64,000 bases of DNA, from NCBI GenBank assembly GCA_965202585.1, contig OZ241829.1:63550001-63614000 (forward strand). The letters are read 5' to 3'. The notes beneath the pieces were generated by a model. That model made no database searches and was not told where the DNA came from. It saw only the letters and a list, made by a program, of their open reading frames with translations. Every line of letters starts with the position of its first letter. The stretch's first letter is position 1. Of the stretch, positions 12,701 to 23,114 are shown in pieces. The stretch is from Thalia democratica. Taxonomy: Eukaryota. A program made the translations under genes and the position numbers.

Positions 12701-14710
12701 AATAAAATTGTATTGTAAAAGTTATTAAGCTTCATGGTGCAAAATAACAAAATATTTAATTTTTTTTTGATAATTGAAATCAAACTAAAAACTAACTTTT
12801 TATACAATTATTACTTATAAACAACTAATGATAACTTTATACATTTTTCAAAACCAACCGAACACGGATAATTTCAGATAAGTGGTATCGGCCATCCGGG
12901 GCCTCCTGTCAACCAGGCAGTTGAAGGTCACGCTGCTGTTGGCAACCAGGGTCTGGTTTACAATCCCCCACCCCTCCAAGCTTTCCCCCCTCTTGAATAT
13001 GACGTACACTCGGGGACGGTAGCAAACGCCGTTTACGTACACGTCTGAGCGGTTGAGGGATGGGAATTCGGGGTGGAGATTCCTGCTTTTGCTCTTGCAT
13101 TGAAGGTTCGTCCACTTGGCGACGAACTCCTCATCGCTCGTTGCTAGGTAACGGGCAAACGCAATGACGTCACAATCACAACGAAGGTTGTCGTTTGGGT
13201 GCAGCCCGAGATCTGTGAGGTGACTCAGCCGCGTCATGACGACGTCGTCGTTGCCGGGCAACGTCAGGAGGCGGTTGTTGTTGAGGCTGAGATGGGTGAG
13301 ATTGGGGAGGTCTTCGAGGCAGCTCCAAGGAAAATGTTCGATTAAGTTGTCGGTGAGGTACAACCTAAATAATAAATTTGTAGGCTTGGATAAAATTATA
13401 ACCAACTGAAACTGAGTCGGTATTGATAAAAGATCAAATAATGTATGTTTTAAAGTTAAATTTATTAAAACTTAGATTTAGCAAAATTACTAACCCAGAG
13501 AATATAAATAAGATTCAGTTAGTTATTTTAAATGAATTCGAAATCTGTAATTTTCAAATATTATATCTATTTTCAATGTTTTTAAATTCAAGCCTTCTAA
13601 CCAACTTTTTTAATAAGCCAAGATTTTTAAATGCACTTTCGTTTATGCTGACTATTTGATTGTCTTCTAGTTTCAAAATAAGAACATTTGGCAGACCTTT
13701 AAACATCTGTAATTTTTATTTTACTGTTACATTTAATTTGTATCTAATTTATTTAAAGTTTGTTTTTTTACTAAAATTCATGTAAAAATAACACTCCATT
13801 CTATTAAGGATAATCAAGTTAACAAGTAAAAATAAATATCCTGGATAAGACCTTAAAAAGTATCCGTGGTGTTCGACTCGATTAGCGAAAGGTTTTTTTG
13901 AACACCAGGACCAAGGACCAAAATTTTTGAGAAGTTTTTTTTTTCCTTAAATAAACAACATATGAATAGCCAAAATAACCCTATTTCTAGTGTACACAGG
14001 ATTGACTTATTGTTTTTTGAATTTTGGTAAAGCTATTATTTTTACGATTTTGTACACATACTTCTTTTTAACATTTTATTTGGCAAAACTAAACTTGTAC
14101 TTTTTATTTATTTTGTCATCAAGTTTTATACTTTAAAAAAACTTTAATCATATGCTATTTGTGGGCATAAACTAATTCCGATTAAATATAAAACGTTTTG
14201 AAATTGAGATTTTATTTCATGTTTAGGGATAAAGTTTATTCGAACAAATTTTTGATCTAACAGAAAATCTTTAAAAAATAAGCTTCCTAGAGTAAATAAA
14301 ACTTGATCAAGTAAAACAAACTTACATTTGCAGTTAAATTTCTCATATTTTCTTGTCTCAGTCTGAACATTGTCACATTTGAAGGAACATCTTTAAAATA
14401 GTTTGTGCTTTTGTAACTAGAGCAACTGACATAAAATCCTTTTTCTGTATCCGTTTCTGAATAGTTCTTACAACTGTTAAAAAAAAAAAATAATCGATAT
14501 ATCTTTCTACTTGGCGGGAAATTTGTATAAATATTTAATACGACTTCAAAACTGTCTTAAAATATCCAAATATTCTTAAAATAAAAAAACTATTAAAAAC
14601 AAATAGTAAAACTAAATAAAAAGTTACCTGCAGTTTGTTAAGCAAGATTCACTAAACTTTACATACAAGTTTGTTAAAATGAACAGCACATGATAATCAA
14701 ATAACTTCAT
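3721..14710 (-). CDS. Type I membrane protein: signal peptide, LRRNT, 4-5 LRRs, LRRCT, Ig-like, FN3-like, TM, short tail (LRIT/LRFN-like), about 552 aa
   Basis: Exons (minus): 14710-14628, 14473-14326, 13706-13606, 13364-12859, 12507-12374, 12033-11873, 11215-11116, 5117-4974, 4457-4297, 3841-3721. All are GT-AG with matching phases; total 1659 nt. N-terminus MKLFDYHVLFILTNLYVKFSESCLTNCSC; LRR LYLTDNLIEHFPWSCLEDLPNLTHLSLNNNRLLTLP; LRRCT NLRCDC; Ig-like strand TLVANSSVTFNC; FN3-like FICCVILPEKKRGVCGQF; TM VFVMFIVGGFLLGLGVVPLAVATSY. The acceptor at 12033 is the least certain boundary. Confidence 0.85.
7779..10317. mobile_element. Tc1/mariner-pogo-like MITE (outer element of a nest)
   Basis: TIRs CATTGCTTATTCACTTATCCGGAC (from 7779) and GTCCGGATAAGTGATTAAGCACTG (to 10317), 22 of 24 matching. 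Flanked by TA on the left and TG (a probable mutated TA) on the right. Confidence 0.75.
8411..10206. mobile_element. Non-autonomous hAT-type element with 41-bp CCGG-rich subterminal repeats
   Basis: TIR TAGTGATGTACCGGA ... TCCGGTACATCACTA. Perfect 8-bp TSD ATTATATG at 8403-8410 and 10207-10214. Tandem unit TCCGGATCCGGTTCCGGCCGGATTCTAATTTGAAAAAAAAG at about 8470-8630 and 9990-10170. A second left end lies internally at 9932. Confidence 0.9.
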
Positions 14711-16893
14711 GTTTAAGAGAATGTATTCTAAGCTGTAATAAGCAGTTTTTACTTTAGATAAGTATGAAAACTAAACCTTTAATAATTAAGGTTTTTATAT
14801 GCAATCCGCTATAACATATTTCAAACAAAATTTTAACTTTGAATTTTTTTTCAGACTATTATTTTTCAGAAGAACTATAAAAAATAACTACTTTACTGAG
14901 ACTTTACTTGATTTACCTCAAAAATAAGCACTTCATAGCTTTGAACAAATAGTTTTAACTAACATAAATGCTTCTAAACATTGCAAGATAGATCAACTTG
15001 TGGTTTTGTAAACATATCAAAATACTTGAGAGTTTAAACTATTGATTTTACAAGAAGTAACGTTGCGGCTTATTTAAATCCCTTTTTTTTAAGTTATACG
15101 CTTTAAATGATGTTTTCTTAGCAAGCTTATTTCTAAAATGTTCTAAATCTTCACTGACTTAAAATTTTAATTTTTAAAAAACTAATCACCGAAATTAATA
15201 TGCTGTAAATATTAGTAGTTTAATTGAAGTAGTAGACAAGTTTATAAACTATATTCTCTGTAACGATAATTTTTGGTTCTACTTATTAACTTTTTTATGT
15301 TTGTTTACAAACCAAGCATTTGATTTGAAAAAAATATTCTTAAAACAAAAGTCTTTGCATAAATAAGTAATATTATAGCTAAAAACTAACACAGTTAAGT
15401 TTTGCTTAATTTTATAAATATTATTACTAATTTTTAGTAGCATAGTTTTGATTTTTTTGTAGTCTAAGTTTTTTTTGTAGCTTTATTTTGTACGTAAAGC
15501 ATAAGTCTGTATACAAAAAATAATCATAAACTTAAAAAGTTTTGAAATTAACGTAAAAAACTAGTATTAAATTGATTATATTTTAATTTTCAGATAAAAC
15601 AATTTTCAACTCTTGTAATTCCTTAACAATTTATTAGTAAAAAGAAACTGAGCTCATGCGATCAAAAAATATCGGTACTAAAACACAAAACTTTCTATAC
15701 CCAGCTTTACTCTAAAGTAAATTCTCGCCTAAAAAAATTCATTAAACCGAACAAAAAAAGCGTGATAAAATTTAAAACAAAAAATAATTAAAACGAACAA
15801 AAAAAGCGTGCTGAAAGTTTAAACACGCTTTTTTTTTCTTTTTTCCAACTGATTAAGGTAAACAAACAAAATGGTGGAGATGTGAAACTGCTTGCATGTT
15901 GAGGCGAAGACTTGTGTTGACTTTATTAAATATTCATATTGATTTTCTCTGTTTTATTGTTGGCAACCGACTGACTCTTGGATGGTGTCAACTGTTAAAG
16001 TAGAAGTTAATAAATCACGATTAGAATGTTTATCAAAAATTAAAAAAAAATCGGTTGTTTTTTTTTGTTGTTTTTTTTTTCATCGTGAACTCGGAAATAA
16101 GCTTCCTAATTAACAGTTTGTGGTTATATACGATTTGGTAACATTTTCAAATGACTGTTTCTCATTATTGAATCAACTTTTAATCAACTATAAATTTGTC
16201 AGTAATTTATGATTTAGATTTTTATTGATGACATAATAAAATGTTTTTGTACTTTGAACTTTATAACTTTAAATTATAAATTTTATTTAATTCATATACT
16301 TTTATATAAACTCTAAAAAATTATAGAATGTTTAAAAAACATTATTGATTAAACTTTTTGGTCTAGTTTTTTTCTTTTTAATTTTTGGTAAAAAAAACAA
16401 ACATTTGAAAATTAATTTTGCTACTCACGTTTCTTTAAGTTAATGCAAAAGTAAATAAAAAATTATCATTGGTTTTAAATGTGTTTTTTCAATATTTTGT
16501 ATAACTTTTGTTAAAGAAAAACTTTTCCAATGAACAACTTGTAAGTTTTTAAACATGTGCAGTGTTTTTATTTCTGTAAATTAAAATAATATAAAAATAA
16601 TTTCAAATTTTGTTTAGTGTTTAATTATAATTGATATTCAAACTTTGTAAACATAGTAGACTTGTACCAAATTTTTACTTTTTTATGTTTCATTTTATAC
16701 TCTCTTTTTTTATCTTTTTTTATTGAAATATTTATCTTCAACTAGTTGTATTATATATTATCAGGTTTTTTTATTATCTTAAAAACGTTTAAACGATGAT
16801 ACGTTTCAAAATTATTTTATACAAAAATTAAAAATCGAATGGTTAAAATCTTGTTAAAAAGTCAAGACTGATTTTAAAAACTTTTATTAGTTT

Positions 16894-17089
16894 TTAAGAT
16901 AAAAATATTTTTATTGTACTTGAATGTAGCTCCTTGCTGACAGAAGATGACTTTGCATCCTTGATAGTATCTTCTTCTTTGGTAGCAGACTTTTCTTCTT
17001 TGTATCTCCTACTTGGACGACGTCTCTTGTGCCTTCTGTATCCTTTTCCGTAGTAGCCTCTCGAATAACCCTTTCCTCCGTAGTAATGA
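16894..17089 (-). pseudogene. Paralog of the last exon of the secreted-protein gene, with a 1-nt frameshift relative to it (pseudo-exon or diverged alternative terminal exon)
   Basis: Reads HYYGGKGYSRGYYGKGYRRHKRRRPSRRY, versus DHYYQKGYSKGYY at 19799. Adding one A at TACAAAGAAG restores RRKVCYQRRRYYQGCKVIFC, which aligns with RRRTCYGRRHHIRGCGVHHFYC. Weak acceptor TTGTTGAG| at 17090. Confidence 0.6.
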
Positions 17090-18294
17090 CTCAACAAAAA
17101 TAATATGTGTTGAACTTAAATTGTTTTAAGGTTTTATATTGTGTTTTGCTGTAAACCCTGTCATAGTGTTGTTTAATGTGTAACTGTTGTTTATCTTTTA
17201 AGGAAGTTTAAAAAACCAGCCATAATATTTGATTAGAATCTAACTGCTTAGACAAAATAACGCTCGCTATTTGATGTTCTGATGCTCGATTCTAAATGGT
17301 CGCTGTTTGATGGTTGATATTAGATGCTCAAAACTAGATGTTAAATTTAACCTGATGATGTGTGGACCATGCGAACGTAGTTTGATGATCGTAACTTAAC
17401 ACACAGCAGAATGTAATATTCATCTAACGCGTATTTGAAAGACAAACGCCGATATATACGCATTGGAAAGAACTTATCTCTTCCGAATAAACAATGTTGT
17501 TTGAGAAAATGGAAAAATTGTTTTGAAAATCTTAGAGACTGTTTTTAATTTTACAGCTGTTTTAGTTCTAAAATAAATTCTTTCTCAAAACTATAAAATA
17601 ATGCATGCCTTTGGCACAAAATTTTTCAATTATTACTGATAGCTGAAAAGAATAAAAATAAAAAAAGTTTTTAATGAATAAAATGTATACATAAATGTAC
17701 ATTTTTTCAAACAAGTTAAATTACTTTTTATACTTTTACAAGTGTTCTGTAGCCACTTTGTCAATAAGTATTTTTAACAATAAAAAGTTTTAAAAAAATT
17801 CGAACAATCGAAATTTGTTCAACTTAAACCTTATAAAAGTTTTAGTACATATAAAATTAGTATTTACGATGAAAAATCAGAACTTCTAAATACGTTAGTC
17901 ATAGTTACTCCATAGATCGGCTTTAACTTTCTTACCACAGGTCTTGTAGTCGTCTATTTGTATGAAATTTATGGCTATTAATTGAAATAAACTAATTTGA
18001 ATTTATGTGGAGCAATTGGTTTTATTTTATACGGATTTTTGTGTTGAAACTTTTTCCAACTTTATTACAGCTCAAGCTATATTGATTGTAACTCCGCTAT
18101 TACAAAATTTTGAGTAACAAAAAGAAAATTTTGGTTATCTTCAGCACAACAAAACTTTTTACTTATTTTTTTTGCTATCACAATAGATTATATACCATTT
18201 TAAATTTAAATTAGTTGGCTTGATAAAAAAATAATTTTAATTTAGTTTTAGGTGGTACAGCTGAAGCAGGGCCCCATTTGAAACGAAATCAAAA

Positions 18295-18877
18295 CGTGTC
18301 AAGCATGCACGAAAGGACAATTTTGCACGGAGGGTCGAACTTGCACAAAGATACTTTTGCAGAAAAAAAAATTTGCACGAGAGGTCACTTTTGCTCGAAA
18401 ATACTTTTGCACAAAGGAACACTTTTGCACGAAAGGACAATTTTGCTCGAAATACTTTAGCACGGGTTTGATTTTTTATTTCTATTTTTTATTTCTTTAA
18501 TTTTTTTATTTTAATCTTTACTATCACTGTTACCCCTAACCCTTAACTGTTGATAAGTTATTTTTTCTTCTTTTTGATTTTTTTTTAACTCATTTAACAC
18601 TTTAACTTTTTATTTATAAGTAATTTTCATTCAATTTTTTTTTATCACTGTTGCCTAATATTTACCCTCGGTAGGTAATTTTTATTTAATTTTAGGTTTT
18701 CTAGTATTCTATTTTATATTTTACTTTTTTTTTTTTTTAATTTTGTATCCCTTGTGCATAAAAGACCCTTCGTGCTAAAGTGACCCCTCATGCAAAAGTG
18801 TCTATGTGCAAAAGTGTTCCTTCTTGCATATTTTACCTTTCGTGCAAAAGTTTTTCGTGCATATTTGACCCTTACCC
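18295..18877. mobile_element. Foldback/MULE-like MITE with inverted TTTGCACGA arrays
   Basis: Left arm repeats TTTGCAC(G)A and right arm repeats (C)GTGCAAAA; ends TGACCCTTACCC. The core CTATCACTGTTACCCCTAACCCTTA is shared with the 42262-42769 copy. Confidence 0.8.
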
Positions 18878-18934
18878 ATTTAGAATAGCCCCATTAAAAG
18901 CCTCAAATGCAAAAATAAACCTTTATAAAAACTT

Positions 18935-19080
18935 TATTTATTTTTTTTTTTTTTTTATTTTTTTCTAGGTTGAGCAACAGCTCAAGCGTTCTACCCCACG
19001 CATCGTCCCTTGTAACAAGTGTTTATTTTGCTTTGTAATACAACACATAGCCATATGTTTATTAAACTTCATCAGGTGCA
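18935..19080 (-). mobile_element. 3' end of a poly(A)-tailed retroposon (LINE/SINE fragment)
   Basis: Minus strand ...GGGGTAGAACGCTTGAGCTGTTGCTCAACCTAG is followed by an A-rich tail; there is a 6-bp stem TTGAGC/GCTCAA just before the tail. Confidence 0.45.
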
Positions 19081-19620
19081 ACAATAATTTAAGCTAATTC
19101 AAACTTGATGAGTAAAACTTTTATTTTTTTCTTTTTAAGCTCAAATTCAAATACTTCAAATATAATAAACTAAATATTACAACGGGTTTTAAAATAAGTT
19201 TTATTTGAGTAATGACACAACATAGAAAAACCGTAAAAGATTATTTTTTGTTTCGATTCTTCTTACTTTTTCATCGTTAATCTGAAAAAAAAATCATTAA
19301 ACATATTGTTTTTGCATAAACATAATCACTTATAAAAAAATTTGTTTAGAGATAACTCAGTGTACAAGGCTTTAAAGTCAGAGATACTAAAAAATAACTA
19401 TATAACTTAATTTAGAATAAATCTTTACTACACTAACAAAAAACGTTTCGAATTTAAATGTAAATAGTTTTGTTTTCTACCACTACTTTGTAATGAAGTT
19501 TTATTAGTGCTATGTTAATTACATCAATTTTATAAATTTAGAAACATCGACTTATTTAAACAGTTAGATGCACAATACTGCTTGTAGAAATAGTATTACG
19601 AAAATTATGTTACCATGTTC

Positions 19621-21166
19621 TTAACAGTAGAAGTGATGGACTCCGCAGCCTCTGATGTGATGTCTTCTTCCGTAGCAAGTTCTTCTTCTTCTGATGCACC
19701 TTGATCTTCTTCTTGGAAGACATCTGTATCTTCTTCTCACTGGAACGCATCTAACTGGGTGGTAGTAGCCTTTTGAGTATCCTTTTTGGTAGTAGTGGTC
19801 TGTTTAAATTTGGTGAAACACTTTTTGAATTTGTAAGCTTTGCGTATAATCAATTTTGCTATCGTATCAAAATTGTTAACTTAGAAGATAAATCATTTTT
19901 GGTAAATGGTTATGCTTAAAACTTATATTTTATAAAAGAATTAAAAGCTAAAATTATATAGTTCTTGTGTCCTTTAATAAGCTAATTTATATTTAAAGCA
20001 CACAATTTAATCAGTACTTTTAATTCTGTTAATTTCTTGACTTGTGTATAAACAAATGTAGTTATCTTGTTTATGTGATTTTTTTTACCTGGAATTCTGA
20101 GTCCGTTAGTTGGTCCGTATTTTTCTTTTGGGGTGTATGGGTGGTAATCTGTAAAACAAGTTATTTAGTTTTATTATATATATGACTTTGATGCTACATC
20201 TGCTTCTTTTACAACTAGTACATTTTTAAAAACTTTTTATAAATTTCTATACTTAAATCTCTATTTTATTTTTGTTTTACCCGGGATTCTGAGTCCGTTA
20301 GTTGGTCCATATTTTTCTTTTGGAGTGTATGGATGGTAGTCTGTAAAATAAAATTAAAACTATAAACTAGAATAACTATCAGTTTTTTACTATTACCTTT
20401 TATAGAAAATAGACAATATAGTTAACACGTAAGTTTAAAAATAGAAACTCTTTTTATTACATAGTAAAGCTAGTAATTTAAAAGTAAACTATATAAAATC
20501 TTAATCAAGTTAGTAAAATTAACTCCTAAATATCTAAGCAACATGTTCAAATGTTTTTTTGTTGTAGTTTTTAGTTAAAATAGAATTTTAGTTACCTGGA
20601 ATTTTAAGCCCGTTGGCTGGTCCGAACTTTTCTGATGGAGATGGCAAGTCTATAAAATGTTGATTTAATTATAAATAACAAATGTATGATATCATATAAG
20701 ATAATATACATCTTTTATAAGAAATTAAAAGAGAAACATATGTTGTACATCTCAATAGAAAATGTTGAAATGATTTAGTTGCAACTTGAAAAAAAAATTA
20801 TACTTTTATTACCTATATAAAGAATAAAATTAAAACTTCAAATTGTATTAAAAGTTTTAGTGTTAATCATCATTCATTCTTTTTAACACTAAACTTCGAA
20901 AAAATAGTTGTATATTTATATTAATTTGTAAAAAAAAATTATAATCTGTGTAACAAGAATTGGTAGCAACATTAACCAAAGAAAACTTTGTTCTTTCAAG
21001 TTGGAAACTGTACAACTTTTTACTCTGTTTTAAAATACCTATGTATAAACTACTAGTTGTTTTATTACTTTTTATTAGATTTACCTGGAATAACAATTTC
21101 TTCTGGGCATGGGTTTGGGATGGCAAGAGCACAACCAACAAGAGCGATAAGAACAATCAACTTCAT
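19621..21166 (-). CDS. Small secreted protein, 144 aa: signal peptide, three exon-encoded repeats, Arg/Cys/His/Tyr-rich C-terminus
   Basis: Exons (minus) 21166-21085, 20649-20596, 20340-20281, 20148-20089, 19799-19621; all introns phase 1, GT-AG. Protein MKLIVLIALVGCALA-IPNPCPEEIVIP-DLPSPSEKFGPANGLKIP-DYHPYTPKEKYGPTNGLRIP(x2)-DHYYQKGYSKGYYHPVRCVPVRRRYRCLPRRRSRCIRRRRTCYGRRHHIRGCGVHHFYC*. AATAAA at 19505-19500. Confidence 0.88.
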
Positions 21167-21185
21167 TTTAGTATCAGTAAAATGA

Positions 21186-21237
21186 TAATGAATACTTTAA
21201 GTTGATGTGTGCAGCGTTTTATACTAAAACTTTATAC
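21186..21237 (-). promoter_or_regulatory. TATA-type core promoter of the secreted-protein gene
   Basis: Two GTATAAAA boxes (TATAAAA at 21237-21231 and 21223-21217). An Inr-like TTCATT lies at about 21189, 28 nt past the proximal box and 23 nt before the ATG. Confidence 0.55.
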
Positions 21238-21974
21238 CAAAAATCACAAAGTATTTAGCAAGGGCAGCATTAATCTAATTCCGGGATCAGAAGCCACGAA
21301 GTAAGACTGTGTTTGGTTTTGAGAACCGCTTTTTGAAATGCACTAATCATATTTTGACATTCAATTACGAAATCACTTTACTTTTAACCTTAAATAAACA
21401 GAAGCGATGCTTTGTTTGTTTAAAGACCGCACTTTCACGTCCGCTTAACTGTAAAACAAACAGTTATGGATTAAAACTTAAAAGCTAAACTAAAATAAAC
21501 AGTTACAAATATACCAATTCAAATTTTTCTTTAAACGTACGATGACAATAAACGCTTGATAATATATTAGATCTAGAACTTAATGACTTAAAATATTTAA
21601 ATGTATACTTTTATATTACGTACAGAGATTGAAATTTAACCAAAATAAGTGGAATTAAACAATAGAATAAATGTTTCATGACAAAAATATTGTATTAAAT
21701 GCTCTTACACTTTTTATAAGTTGGTTTTAAAGAATATTACACATATTTGGTTTCTAAGACATACTGGACAAGTTTTTAATACTTATTTTTTATTAACATG
21801 TTTATTCCATAAAGTTGCATTTTATTTGAAAACAAAACTTCTTAACAGAAAATGTACTGTTATCAAAAGTAGTTAAATAAGTACTAATACAAATTTATAA
21901 GTTCTTTTAAGAATGCATGATATCGATAAAATTCATTTATTACAACTAGTTAAAAGTTAAACTAGCTTAGACCC

Positions 21975-21998
21975 ATATATATATATATATATATATAT
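21975..21998. repeat. (TA)n microsatellite
   Basis: Uninterrupted ATAT run of about 24 nt. Confidence 0.9.
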
Positions 21999-22519
21999 AA
22001 ATATAGACATAATCTTATTTGAATTGCATTCGTAAGATTTTTAATGTTAGGCCAAAATACTAAAAGAAAAACATTTCATTTATAAATTATTAATATAATT
22101 ATAAACTTCCGTACTTTACTTTTACAAAAATTATTTTATGTTTTCTCTCAGTGTACTGTGCTGAGTTATTTTAGTAAAATTATTAAAGTTTAAGGTTGTT
22201 TTGGGTTTAGTTACATAATTTCTGTAATATTTTTACTAAAATAGATCTATTATTATTATGCATTGTAAACTAACTTTATTATATTAAAACTTAATGCTTA
22301 AAAATACTCAGTTTCGGGGTAAAAAAGCTCTTTTTAAACTGTTATCTGAAATTCTAAACAACAAAAAAACTTATATTGTAGTATAAAATACAGCTTTCGT
22401 TTTTATTTCGGAATAGTAAAAATAAGAAATAAAGGTAATGTTTTATACATTTTATTTTTATTTAAATTAATCAACCTTAAAACTATAAAAATTGACCGTT
22501 GTGTTTATAAAAATATTGT

Positions 22520-22645
22520 AGTTTATTGAACGACAAAAAAAGGTGCTCAAAATAGTTGGTCCTAGGACCTGGTGCCCAAAGAACCTTTCGGTTATCGAGT
22601 CGCACACCCAGGATACCCTTAAAACGTCATGTACAGGACTAATAA
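22520..22645 (+). repeat. Unclassified dispersed repeat, copy 1 (copy 2 at about 62015-62125)
   Basis: ATTGAACGACAA..CTCA.AA....TTGGTCC.AGGAC...AA..TTTC.GTTATCGAGTCG.ACAC..AG......AACGTCAT...CAGGAC is shared between the two loci. Confidence 0.7.
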
Positions 22646-23114
22646 ACACAAAAAACTAAAAGCATATTTCATGTTGCTTTAATCAGTTAGTAAGTTAAAT
22701 GTTTTTTTTTTAAATTAAATACTGAATTACTTTAATGTTTTAATTTTAGTCATATTTTAATAAATTACTTTGTGTTATAACAATTGTACATTAGAAATTT
22801 TGGTTAAAATGAAAAGAATAAAAACACTCTTTTTTCTTTAAAGTTTATTGCATGGTTTTCGAAATTTAGCTTTAAAATTTTTAGTTTCCTTAAAAACTTC
22901 TACTTATTTTTAGTTACGAATTTATTTTTATTGTGTTATAACCGTATTATAATATAAATAAACATTATAGTAATTTTAACACCTAAATACTTTAATTAAG
23001 TTGGTTTTAAAAGTGTTTGTATAAAATCTAACATGTAATGACGTATCAAAGGAAAGTATAAATAAATTATGTAAACACTTTTAATCTTTTTTTTTTTTCT
23101 ACTTGGTTCTAGTT

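Noticed and set aside
15745-15835. GAACAAAAAAAGCGTG direct repeat plus inverted CACGCTTTTTTT hairpin resembling a terminator
   Set aside because: Eukaryotic context; the A/T runs inflate the pairing and there is no evidence of function.
15850-15975. Possible small exon (TTTAACAG|TTGACACC.. DTIQESVGCQQ*) on the minus strand
   Set aside because: It could be a last exon after 16.9 kb or a 5'UTR exon of the receptor gene; the donor it would need (GTACAA) is weak and the two options cannot be told apart.
17345-17395. CTGATGA...GAAC as a hammerhead or C/D snoRNA box
   Set aside because: No GAAA or stem I, no nearby D box, and no plus-strand host intron.
19020-19080. CTGATGA followed by palindromic CATATG on the minus strand of the poly(A)-tailed fragment
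   Set aside because: GAAA reads TAAA, the triplet is not NUH and stem II is absent; too degenerate to call.
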